Origin: Octopus bimaculoides
Lineage: Eukaryota
DNA: 35,855 nt
Assembly (NCBI RefSeq): GCF_001194135.2
Contig: NC_068985.1
Location: forward strand, 71,546,555 to 71,582,409
Direction of reading: 5' to 3'
Within the stretch, counting starts at the first letter, position 1, and each line of letters opens with the position of its first letter. The position numbers and the translations under genes are program-made. The notes below the pieces were generated by a model. It made no database searches. It saw nothing but the letters and a program-made list of their open reading frames with translations, and was not told the origin of the DNA. This document shows, one piece after another, positions 23,123-33,983 of this stretch.

Positions 23123-23173
23123 TTCCAATGGCTGAAGACTAGCCACATGCTTGAAACTCAGAGTACCAAGGAG
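23123..23173 (+). ncRNA. Putative decayed type I (minimal) hammerhead ribozyme in the PLE 3' pseudo-LTR region
   Basis: ttccaatgg-CTGAAGA-ctagccacatgctt-GAAAC-tcaga-GTA-ccaaggag. Contains the CUGANGA and GAAA cores, stem III AC-U/A-GU, GUA cleavage triplet, stem I tgg/cca plus ttcc/ggag, and stem II agc/gct with a broken closing pair. AATAAA follows at ~23211. Confidence 0.6.
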
Positions 23174-23352
23174 TCTGAATCAAACTGTTTTGATCTATAC
23201 ATATAGTACCCAATAAATGTGTTGAGCACCCTTCTTTCATTTGTCTACTCACTCTTATGTATGTGTATATATATTCCCAAGCATTATACTAATACATCTG
23301 TTTGTTGTCTACACCACCTGCCTTCATCTTTTGTTTGTTTGTTGAATTCCCC

Positions 23353-23384
<32 letters not shown>

Positions 23385-23433
23385 NNNNNNNNNNNNNNNN
23401 NNNNNNNNNNNNNNNNNNNNNNNNNNNNNNNNN

Positions 23434-23481
<48 letters not shown>

Positions 23482-23489
23482 TATTTTAT

Positions 23490-23735
23490 TCTTTTACTTG
23501 TTTCAGTTATTTGACTGTGGCCATCCTGGAGCACCACCATAAAGTTTTTTTTTTCTAGTCAAAGAAATTGATTCCAGGACTTATTCTTTCAAAGCGTAGT
23601 ACTTATTTTATCGGTCTCTTTTGCCAAGCTGTTAAGTTACAGGGTTGTAGACATGCCAATATCAGTTGTCAAGCATTGGAAATGGAGAAGCACAGACAGA
23701 AAGACACACACACACACACACACATAAATATACAA

Positions 23736-23779
<44 letters not shown>

Positions 23780-23905
23780 ACAACGAGCTTCTTCCAATTT
23801 CCTCCTACCAAATCCATTCACAAAGATTTGATTGTGCCAAGGGTGCCACACAATGGGACTGAACCTGGAACCATGGGGTTGGGTAGCAAGCTTCTTTTTG
23901 TACAG
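23490..23905 (-). mobile_element. SINE family B, full length (internal deletion in the centre)
   Basis: Same three-part structure as 18621-19026, with an internal (CA)n/(TA)n/(TG)n tract. Confidence 0.8.
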
Positions 23906-23906
23906 T

Positions 23907-23946
<40 letters not shown>

Positions 23947-24221
23947 TTTGAAAACTTACTTTATCAGGTAAATGTTGGTGACATTTTTGGTCGCTAACAC
24001 TTGCCAGATAATTAAAGTAAAGGCTTTCAAATGTTCAATGCTGGCAATCATACTCTCAATGACAAATTGCAGCGTCATCACTGTTCTGTTCAAATAATGT
24101 CAAATTGCGAAATAGGAATATTCCTGCACATATATGTGCTCATGCAAATGCAAGCACATACATGCACACACACTCATAGACACATACACACACAGACACA
24201 CACACACAAGCATATATACAT

Positions 24222-24368
24222 ACATGATGGTTTTCTGTAGTTTCTGTCTACCAAATTCATTCAAAAAGCATGTTTTAGACTTAGGTTTTAGTACAAGTCT
24301 CTTACCCAAGCATTGGAACCTAACTCGAAACAAGTTTGTGAAGCAAACACTTTAACCACACAGCCATT
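24222..24368 (-). mobile_element. SINE family B 5' half, degenerate
   Basis: tttctgtctaccaaattcattca...tttaaccacacagcc. Confidence 0.6.
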
Positions 24369-24674
24369 CTTGCACCTATTATGTGAATTCATAAGTACAT
24401 ACATACATGATGCATGTGTGTATATACTGATATATATATATATGTGCATGTATATATATATATACATACATATATATATATATATATGTGGTAATGCAAA
24501 CAGGAAAAATAGAACTCAAAATATGAGTGTACGTATATTTTATTAATATTTAGCTGAAGCAACAGATACATGCACATATATATAAATGCAAATGTGTGTG
24601 TGTGTGCACATGTATATATGTAAATGCTTATGTGTATATATATGTGTGTATATATATATATATGTGTATATATA

Positions 24675-24729
<55 letters not shown>

Positions 24730-24847
24730 TATATATATCTCTTTCAACAACCAAAATTGATATAAACAAACTTTGACAACTTGACAGCTTCTCTTTTGTT
24801 TGCAAAAGATAACCTTCCCCCCACTCTGGCCCTTCTCTATGTCCCAG

Positions 24848-24885
<38 letters not shown>

Positions 24886-25046
24886 ACATACCCTTTGCAC
24901 CACCTCTCACCCCCTCTCACATTTACTTCTCATCACTCATAACACTATCAAATTTTCCCAACTACTCAGCTACCCTCCTCCACTAGCCCTTTCCCTACTC
25001 CACACCATGAATTTCTCATACATTTGTATATGGGTATGTAAATATG

Positions 25047-25088
<42 letters not shown>

Positions 25089-25544
25089 CACACATAGATG
25101 TATACTCTCCAGTCCCTTGTCTATTACCACTTATCACCTTCGCTTTCTTGAGCTATTTCTTTTACTTCTCCCTCCACACTGATATTTACCACCAACCACT
25201 CCCCACCTTTGTACATCACTCACAACATTAACCTATACCCCCATCCATAACTACCTATTTCTCACCTCACCCAATGCTGTGAACTTATCCCCCTACAGCT
25301 CCCTATCCTCAGTTCTTATCTCTTATATTCACCTTCTTGTACTTTGACAATACAAGAAGGTAAATATAAGATAGCCATGTATTTCCATACCTCCATCACC
25401 AACATCTCTATCTTCCTTCCAGCCACTTCCTCCAACTCCTATGCAGTGCAAGGAAGCCATGTATCTCTTCTATCGCAAAACATTTAGGCCTGTCATGCTC
25501 TCATGCTTTAGTCTCATGAACCCACCTCCATCCCAGAAGCTTCT

Positions 25545-25665
25545 TTTTCTTTGTCTTGCAAGTTTCTTGGTGACCTTTACTTATGCTGGTGCACTCTGTA
25601 AAGTAGTTGGTGTTAGGAGGTGCATCCAAATATAGAAACCATGCCAAAGCAGACATTGGATTACC
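25545..25665 (+). mobile_element. Family E central fragment
   Basis: ctttgtcttgcaagtttcttggtgacc...gttggtgttaggaggtgcatcca...aaaccatgccaaagcagacattgg. Confidence 0.6.
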
Positions 25666-26039
25666 ATGCATTTTCTGGTTTCTGAGTGGATAGGGGTTGA
25701 TGTGCAGGTGGGTAGGATGCAGGAGTGTGGAGAAAAGTGTGAGATGTCTGGTGACAGAAGGAAGTCAACAGTAAGTGTTTCAGTGAATAGGAATGATAAT
25801 TTGGTTGCATAGAAGTGTGAGCAATGTGAAATATGAGTGGAGTGGGACAATATTACAAATGAAGCATGGATGTCAAGTGAAGTGAGTTCAGACCGAGAAC
25901 TGGATACTGATGAAATATGTAGTTCTCTTATTTAATTAAAACTGCAGAATACTGCCATTAGGCTAGTGACAGAGGGAGCAGTGATACAGAAATGGGGGGA
26001 TGGTGGTGAAGGGCCCAGTTGCGTTTTTGCACATAATGC

Positions 26040-27110
26040 TTTCAGAACATCAGTTTTACCCAGATGGGTGGATCTTCACAAGCACCACATATTGCCTGTA
26101 GTCCCAATTTTTTATTCTGTCCTCTGTGAGGTTCTAAGTCATGAGATCAGCTTTCATTACTTCACCCCATGTCTTCCTGTGTCTCCTTCTCTTACAAGCT
26201 CTCTCCTCATTAAGAGATTGGCCCTTTTTTGTACAGCTGTCCTCATCCATATGCATATACTACATCTGATCCTTTTTTTCTTTTTGTTTTTTTTGCTTTT
26301 GGTCTAATTTTTCTCTCAACACAATTGTATTTAGCCATTCATGCACACTGACTTACTACATCTAGTGGAGCATGCTAGCTTCATTGTTTTTTCTGCTCTT
26401 CCCATATCCTCTGCATTCAAAACACACATCTCACTACCATGTGATACTGTATTCATACACAAACATCATACAATCTGCCTTTCACAAAATCTGTTTCCCA
26501 TGTGTCCGAGGTGTTTACTCATGTACATTTTTCTATTAACTTTCTTTGATAGGCATTGCACCTCTAGTGGACAAAGTATGTAAGCTATGGGCATCCATAG
26601 CTTACATACTTTGTCCACAAGATTTATACCTACTTGTTTTCTTCTTGTTGAGCAAGGTCATTTCACTGATGGAAGAAGAGTCCTGACTGTTTTCCTACCT
26701 CCTAAATTGTTAGTCTTTGCTAAGTTAACTTTGAAGCCCTTGATTCCAGGTTTAAATTTCACAAGTGAAATTTCTTTTCAAATTCTATTAGAAAGATGTC
26801 ATGAGTATATTGCAGTTCTTTACTGGCAGATTGTCTTAAACTCTTCTGTAATAGTCTGGAGTGTTATGATGAATATAGCAGGGACTGAGAACTGAGCTCT
26901 GGTGAACTCCTACCCAGTTTCCTGAAGTTAGTGTTGCAGATCATCTGGTCATTTGCTCCATAGAATTCCAACAGCCTTGTTTCCTCCTCATTTCCAGAAC
27001 CAAAGTTGTAGCTTCCAATTACATCAGAGTTACTGCCCAGCATGTACAAGCTTGATTTTATTATGCTGGAAGGGCCTTCTCAAGCACAGCAAATGTCTGT
27101 GTGATCAGCA
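26040..27110 (-). mobile_element. RTE-clade LINE fossil (mosaic of AP-endonuclease and post-RT C-terminal fragments)
   Basis: Minus strand: YNFGSGNEEETRLLEFYGANDQMICNTNFRK (RTE APE motif G.G.RN.EG..LLEFC..N.L.I.NT.F.K), then a decayed LESKG.KVNLAKT, ...CKLW, KGRLYD.CV and NEASML.. segments. Heavily frameshifted. Confidence 0.85.
26567..26618. repeat. Perfect inverted repeat, 24-bp arms with a 4-nt loop
   Basis: GTGGACAAAGTATGTAAGCTATGG-gcat-CCATAGCTTACATACTTTGTCCAC. Confidence 0.97.
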
Positions 27111-27322
27111 AGTGAGAGCCTCATGATACAATGTGGCTGGTTCAGCATATCTGCCTCATCATCCTCCGGGAAAACGCTTTACCATTTTGTCTGCTAGGAC
27201 CATGAGGCAGCCTGTATTACAGGAAAGTGTACATTCCTCTCCGTAATGTAAAGTTACTCCGCATAAGTTTACAACTGACTAGTCACACACTTCCTGTTTT
27301 GTAACATATATATTTGCGTGTG

Positions 27323-27355
<33 letters not shown>

Positions 27356-27430
27356 ATCATGCTAGCATGGAAAGCGGACGTTAAACGATATGTATGTATG
27401 TATATACAATGGTTATTTATTTTCTCAGTG

Positions 27431-27484
27431 ATGTATTACATCATATTATTACAAATTATTACATAATAATATGATGTAATACAT
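27431..27484. repeat. Perfect inverted repeat, 21-bp arms with a 12-nt loop
   Basis: ATGTATTACATCATATTATTA-caaattattaca-TAATAATATGATGTAATACAT. Confidence 0.95.
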
Positions 27485-28479
27485 TTTTGAGCAAATTTAT
27501 AACCACTCTATGGAAACATTCATTACATAATGTGAGCAATATCTCTATTCGTATTCTTTTATTATTGTATTTTTCACATCAATAAATGTGCATCATATTG
27601 TTGTTAAATACAATGGATTTACACTGTGCTTAATATCATAAATTAAGTAGTTAATATTGCATTGTTTGTTTTATTGACTGGCTGATGGATAGAGAGTGTC
27701 ATTGGTATTCCTCCGAGTACTCTGTTAGCCAATTATAAGCTAGAGTGCTATTAAGATAATTGCCTGTATTGTATACAATTCCCAGTACTTGATGATATAA
27801 ATTTACATATATGTAAACACACACACACACACACACACACATGCACACATATTTTTATATATCTATTTGTATATCTGCATGTGAGTGTGTGGATGTATGT
27901 ACATATAACTATATATATATGTTGTGTAGACATTTTGTTACTACATCAGTTGTGTTTAGGGACAGTTTGTTCAAAACCTCACTTGGTGTATACAAGCAAA
28001 TAAGTATACAAGCAAATCATCTCTTTAAGAATGAATAAAACTCAAATTATCTTTAAAACTTCAGTGTGTATTGAAATAATGTAGTATTTGTACAATTTTT
28101 AAAAAATATTGCACAATTCATAAAGAAAAAGTGTTACAAATTTTAAAATGATTATTTTAAAGATCTCTTTTGAGAAGTTATAAAAGCTAATGGATATTAT
28201 AATAAACAATTATAAAATATTCTAGTATTATTACTAGATGAATATCATTTCAAAAAAATCTGTTAAAATAATAATTAATCATTTAATTAACCTCATGTGA
28301 AGTTTCAATCGGTGGGATGTGAACCATGGGAAATAATTCACCATGACTTTTGTGTATCCAAATAAGCAAATTAATAATTTAAAGAAAAAAATTTAGATTA
28401 AGAATTAAAAAATCATTATCATTCTTCTATCTTTTGTGTGCATTTGACAGGTTGTTTATCCAAAGTGGAGGTCAACAAG

Positions 28480-28657
28480 ATGCTGGGAGGGTAGAAGAAG
28501 AGTTATCATCTTACTTTAGGTTTTTCTAGTGTTGTACATTTTTCTACAAAAGAATCATCTTGGTTTTTTACTTCTTACTGAAAATAAGCAAAAAATTTGA
28601 AAGTTTTTGGTCCATTATTTAAGGAAAATATCCAGACTAGATTGCCACAGGCTATTC
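28480..28657 (-). pseudogene. Tigger fossil, 3' continuation on the other side of the hAT insertion
   Basis: Removing the hAT and one TSD gives in-frame NKVLQYF*IA*KNSLWQSSLDIFLK*, resembling the Tigger C-terminal ...Q(T/S)SLD.F motif. The left boundary is approximate. Confidence 0.7.
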
Positions 28658-28681
28658 TTCTAGGCCCTTGGTTCCCAAACT
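28658..28681 (+). repeat. Left TSD (TTCTAGGC) plus left TIR of the hAT element
   Basis: Read directly: ttctaggc|ccttggttcccaaact. Confidence 0.95.
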
Positions 28682-28974
28682 GGGGTCTGCAAAGCGATTT
28701 TAGGGGGTCCACGAAGGGATCAACAATCTTCAGATTTATAATGTTCAAAACCTCAAGTTTTCCAGTTTTAGCTAAAACTAGAACCATTGAACATGCACAC
28801 AATACACAGAACCCCTAATTTACATGTTAAAAAAACCTTACAGATAGAATGCATTTGAGGTCATGTGCACAGGGTGTACACACATGTACTTGAATGAAGG
28901 TATCTCTCTGCAGCTTTATCGATCAGTGTGGGGGTATGGGTGCAACAAGTCTAAACGGCATTAAAAATTGATGG

Positions 28975-29682
28975 TGTAACAGCCCAGAACATACCCCTGC
29001 CTAGACTATACCCGGAGCTAATCTGGGTTATATACCCGGGGCTGGTCTGGACTAGCCCAGACTATACCCCCTCCAGACAACTAAGCCAGAATATACCCTT
29101 GTCCAGACTATACCTCATGCTTGTGGACAAATAACACAGATATACCTCACTTATAAAAGTTGCTTCAGGACATATATAAAATATGAATCACCCAATGAAG
29201 AATTAACAGTTACATGTAAATTTCAATTTAAACATAGCAATTTAGAATTATCAAATGCAAAATACTTTAAAATGTACCAATATAAATCCAACATGAATGG
29301 CCACATTTGTGTAGGTCTAGGCTATGACTCAGAGTACAGATGCACTGCACAGCATGTGCAAGTTGTCAATTTATTTCCAGTCTACCTATACATTGGGTTT
29401 ATATTGGTACATTGAATATTTACATTTGATAATTTCAAATTGCTATGTTTAAACTGAATTTTACATGTAACTTTTAATTCTTCATCAATTGATATTAAAT
29501 TTTATATATGTTCTGAGGCAACTTTTATAAGAAAGGTATATCTGTGTTATTCATCCGTAAGCATGGGGTATAGTCTGGATAGGGGTATATTCTGAGCTAG
29601 CTATCTGGAGGGGCTATAGTCTAGGCTAGCCCAGACTAACCCCAGGTATAGTCTGGGTAGGGGTATCTTCTGGGTTGTTACA
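28975..29682. mobile_element. Fold-back/MITE-like element with ~300-bp imperfect terminal inverted arms (TGTAACA...TGTTACA), nested in the hAT 5' region; possibly Ginger-related
   Basis: 28975-~29292 aligns by eye with the reverse complement of ~29392-29682 (for example tgtaacagcccagaa/tgtaacaacccagaa, aataacacagatatacct, acttataaaagttgc, aaacatagcaattt, aatgtaccaatataaa). Spacer ~100 bp. Repeated CCAGACTATACC sub-motifs. No clear TSD. Confidence 0.85.
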
Positions 29683-30114
29683 GCAGCCATGACACCGACA
29701 TAGTCTGCAAGAGTGGTTGATGAGGAGGTTGCAAATTGTTTTCATCATCACACGTTTATGAACGTCTATATTTTCAACATATTAATCATCATAAGTTCAT
29801 TCTTAATTTTACTTTTCATGCTCAGTAAGAACCTAATAAGCGAATAGAAAGACAAGCCAGTAGCACTGTTAGAATTAAGATGTTTGTTCTACATAAAGTA
29901 CCTAGTGACTTTTAGTTGAACTTTTTTGAAGTAGCTACAATGCACTACAATGGTAAGAAATTTGACCTAAGTCCAACTTAATGACTAAAATGAGGATATT
30001 GAAGCAAAACAAAATTAACCAATTTCGAAGTAACTTCTGCATGAATAAAGACTTACCATGCTTTGAAAAATATCTTATATATATATATGTACATATATAT
30101 ATATATACATTATA

Positions 30115-30159
<45 letters not shown>

Positions 30160-30258
30160 CTGATAAAAATAACAAAGTTTTTTCAACAAAGTGAAATAGT
30201 ACAAAATTTTGTGCGTTTACAGCACAACATTTACATATTGTTATTATATTTATTTGTA

Positions 30259-31942
30259 GAATGTTTTTTTACAAAGGAAAGGATATATGATGAGTCCTAT
30301 TTGAGCTTCAGTTTTACTGTGCTTACTGCTGGTGGAGTAGAAAAACCACAGTGTGTTCTGTGCTCTGAGGTATTGGCAGCTTCTTTGCTGAAGCCCAGTA
30401 GGCTAAAGAGGCATTTGGAAATGAAACATCCCAGGGCAGTCAACAAAGATGCGGAAGTTTTCAGACACCAAGCTGACAGATTGGTTAAATCCAAGCTTGA
30501 TGACACAGAAATGCAAGACGTCGCAGCTTGTCTGAAAGCCTCCTACGAGGTTTCAAAGAAAATTGCTGCAAAAAAAAAACCTCATAACATTGGAGAGCAG
30601 TTAGTTCTTCCTTACTGCAAAGATATAATTTCACTCGTGCTCAGAATGTCTGAACTACAGAAGCTTAGACACGTTTCACTTCCCAACAACACAGTCAGTC
30701 GACGAATTGCTGAGATGTCTGATAATATTTTGTCTCAGGTCATCTCAAAGATAAAAACATCAATGTTTAACTATGCCGCCATCCAAATTGATAAAACCAC
30801 TGACATGGCGGATTTAGCACAACTTTGTGGTTATGTGCATTACGTGTATAACAAGTGCCTGGAATATGAATTCCTTTTTTTTCAAAAGCCTCAACACCTG
30901 AACTACTGCAAACAATATATTCCAGAAAGTGGGTCAATTCTTTAACAAGCATGGCATAAACTAGGGGCACGATGGTGCTCCAACAATGCTTGGTTGCTGT
31001 TCTGGCTTTCAGATAATGGTGAAGGAGAAGTCTCCTAAGGCAATTGATATGCATTGTACACTTCATCGCCAAACATTGATGGTTAAAACAATGCCTGACC
31101 ATTTGAAGAATGTTTTGAATGATGTGGTCAAAGCAGTAAATTTTATCAAAGCCAGTTCTCTTAACTTGCATCTTTTTGCTGACTTGTACAAGGACAATGG
31201 CTCCAATTTTGAAATGCTTTTACTGTATTTGCATGTGAGGTGGTTATCCAAGTGAAGAGTACTGAAAAGTGTCTTCATTCTATGAAAGGAGATACACAAA
31301 TTTCTTTGTGGTGCTAAAAAAGAACTGCACAGACAATTCTCCAATATGTCCCTCCTTTTTGGTCAACATTTTTGAATCAGTTAATTCTGTTAACTTAGCA
31401 CTACAAGGAAAGGACATCACCATTGTCCACTGTCATAAAAAAAGTAACAGCACTTAAATTGAAGCTCCATTTGTGGCATTCTAAATTGGAATGTGAGAAT
31501 TTCGTACCATTCCTGAACCTCAATACTTTCCTTGATGAAGATGCCCTTCAAGTTGATGCTAACATCCTCGACATAATGAAACAGCATGTCTTAACTCATC
31601 ATGCTGAAATTCAAAGATATTTCCCCGGCCTACAAAACTTCATAAAAGTTCATCGTTTCATCACCAATCCCTTTGCAATCTCTGTTGTTGACCTTCCGTC
31701 AGAAGATTACGTCATTCAAGAACAGTTCATTGACTTGCTGAATGATGGAGGTGCAAAAAACACCTTCCGTAACATGTGTTGCAGTGAATTCTAGATTGAA
31801 ATGATGTAGTCCTATCCAGATATCACCAAATTGGCCCTCAAATTCATCATTCCGTTTGCAACAATGTACGAATGTGAGACGGCTTTTGCAACTTTACTCA
31901 CAATTAAAACAAAGGTTTGCAATAAACTGGATGTTGTGCATG
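30259..31942 (+). pseudogene. hAT/Buster (ZBED8/ZBED5/FAM200-like) transposase pseudogene; frameshifts and in-frame stops; 3' end runs into a gap
   Basis: Fragments across ORFs 30211-30945, 30986-31255, 31423-31794 and 31831+. BED finger PQCVLCSEVL...LKRHLEMKH; first catalytic D in IQIDKTTD; DGAPTMLG; CxxH motif HCTLHRQ; RWLSK; VNLALQG; C-terminal PFATMYECETAFATL (catalytic E). Frameshift at the T-run near 30875-30882; several TGA/TAG codons. Confidence 0.93.
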
Positions 31943-32245
31943 NNNNNNNNNNNNNNNNNNNNNNNNNNNNNNNNNNNNNNNNNNNNNNNNNNNNNNNNNN
32001 NNNNNNNNNNNNNNNNNNNNNNNNNNNNNNNNNNNNNNNNNNNNNNNNNNNNNNNNNNNNNNNNNNNNNNNNNNNNNNNNNNNNNNNNNNNNNNNNNNNN
32101 NNNNNNNNNNNNNNNNNNNNNNNNNNNNNNNNNNNNNNNNNNNNNNNNNNNNNNNNNNNNNNNNNNNNNNNNNNNNNNNNNNNNNNNNNNNNNNNNNNNN
32201 NNNNNNNNNNNNNNNNNNNNNNNNGTAGGACGAAAATTTTGAAAA

Positions 32246-32269
32246 AGTTTGGGAACCAAGGTTCTAGGC
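32246..32269 (-). repeat. Right TIR plus right TSD of the hAT element
   Basis: Read directly: agtttgggaaccaagg|ttctaggc. Confidence 0.95.
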
Positions 32270-33205
32270 AATTCAAAAGTATTGTAACACTTTGTTAGAA
32301 AAATGGCTCATACCTGACTCCACATCCTCTGAAGAGTTTGGTGTGTTCTTACATGGCCTGTGGCTCACACCAAAGATATAACACCTTATTCAGCTATTCT
32401 CCTAATATGGTTCTCTTTTATTTTTTTATTTTGATCCTCTTCTTCAGAATTCAGTCCTTATTGTGAGGAATCAGCCTCTTCTTGGTGTAGCTCCTTCAGG
32501 TCATCAATGGACAGTTCACTTCTCTGCTTCTCAATGAAATATTTTATGTCCTTTCATTCATCACCAGACTCTTGGAACTGCCCTTTCATACAATTTCCTC
32601 AACTGCTATAATTGAGGAAATTGTACATTTTATGACACTCTCTGAAATATTTGAAAATTTATTGAAGAAACTTCAGGTCACAATGCTCTCCAAGAAGAGT
32701 TCAAACTCTCCCAATTGCTTCACTATTAAGCACACAACATCTGCAAAGAAGTGATTTTTCCAAAACTTTTACTGTCACATTAAATGTCAGAGTCACTTCA
32801 AAACATTACCGAATGAATGCTTTGTGTATAATTTTTTAAAGCATGCAACCACTTGCTTATTCACAAATAAATAATTTACACAAATAAATGGTACACTGAA
32901 TCACCAGCCATTTGTTTTTCTTTCATTTGTATTAATAATAGATTTTCCATTTCATCCATAAATGAGGCCTACGTGTTATTGAGCCTATGACTTTTACTAC
33001 CATCAGACTTTTTAGCTTATTCTCTTCCTCCAAAAAGGTACAAAATGTAGATTTGGCCAATCCATATACCACACTAAGCTCACTTGAAGTGGCTTCTTTC
33101 TCATTTTTTTTTATTTCTGTAATAATATTTATTGCTGGCTTTGCTTTCAATATGTTGAATATTTGATAGAAAAAATATAGCACAACACTAATTTTCCTTT
33201 GAAAA
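32270..33205 (-). pseudogene. Tigger/pogo (CENP-B-like) transposase fossil, 5' part, internally deleted
   Basis: Minus strand gives the HTH segment ...SELSVVYGLAKSTFCTFLEEENK..., then NERKQMAGDSV, and the C-terminal acidic segment YFIEKQRSELSIDDLKELHQEEADS. All resemble Tigger transposases; many stops and frameshifts. Confidence 0.8.
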
Positions 33206-33479
33206 TATTCTACCATATCATCTGAAATAGTGAAAGCACGATGGTGCTTCAAATTCAAGGTCACACATAAACTGAACTGAAAGCCCCTGATATATATCAT
33301 TAAAGGAAAAGTGTGAACGAAGGGAAATAATTCAACATAACATTTAAGGCATCAGAAGCTTATATAGATCTTTTTTGGGATGTGTGTATGTGTTTGTAAA
33401 TTGTTCATTGCTATCCATAATTTTATTCCTTACCAAGTTAATAGAAAAAACATTTGTCCACAGTATGTTTATATATATG

Positions 33480-33565
<86 letters not shown>

Positions 33566-33577
33566 AACATATAAAGT

Positions 33578-33760
33578 GCTGATGCCACCACATTAGAAGA
33601 GAAGCACCCAGTATACCTTATGGAGTGGTAGGCATTAGGAAGGGCATCCAGCTATAGGAACCATGCCATTTCAGACAATGAAGCCTAGCATGACACCTGG
33701 CCTTACAAGCTCTAGTCAAACCATCCAACCCATGCCAGCATGGAAAACGGATGTTAAATG
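33578..33760 (+). mobile_element. Retroposon family E
   Basis: gtggtaggcattaggaagggcatccagctatagg...tccaacccatgccagcatggaaaacggatgttaaatg. Confidence 0.8.
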
Positions 33761-33907
33761 CATGCATGCATACATACGTACATATATACATACATACATA
33801 CATACGTACATAGTACATACATACATACATAGAACTTAAGTATGACTGTACTTATGAAGTTCACTTCACAATTACATAGTTTCAAGTTCAACTTCGAGCT
33901 AGTTTTA

Positions 33908-33983
33908 TACCCATAGCTCTGGGCCAGTCAAAGCTCTTTGAAAATACATTTGGTAGACAAGAACTGAAAGAAACCAGTTGTAA
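33908..33983 (+). mobile_element. SINE family B central fragment
   Basis: atagctctgggccagtcaaagc...atttggtagacaagaactgaaagaaacc. Confidence 0.55.

Larger units (their letters stand above)
28666..32261 (+). mobile_element. Full-length hAT DNA transposon, Buster/Charlie group (non-autonomous, transposase decayed)
   Basis: Perfect 16-bp TIRs CCTTGGTTCCCAAACT (28666-28681) and AGTTTGGGAACCAAGG (32246-32261). Identical 8-bp TSD TTCTAGGC at 28658-28665 and 32262-32269, with the central TA typical of Buster targets. Internal hAT transposase remnant. Confidence 0.95.

Noticed and set aside
26587-26895. 102-aa plus-strand ORF (and 25966-26307, 26341-26583)
   Set aside because: Antisense shadows of the minus-strand RTE fossil; no recognisable domain.
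33832-33850. Possible Tigger terminal repeat (...AAGTATGACTG|TA)
   Set aside because: No matching inverted partner found left of 28480, so the element boundary is not supported.
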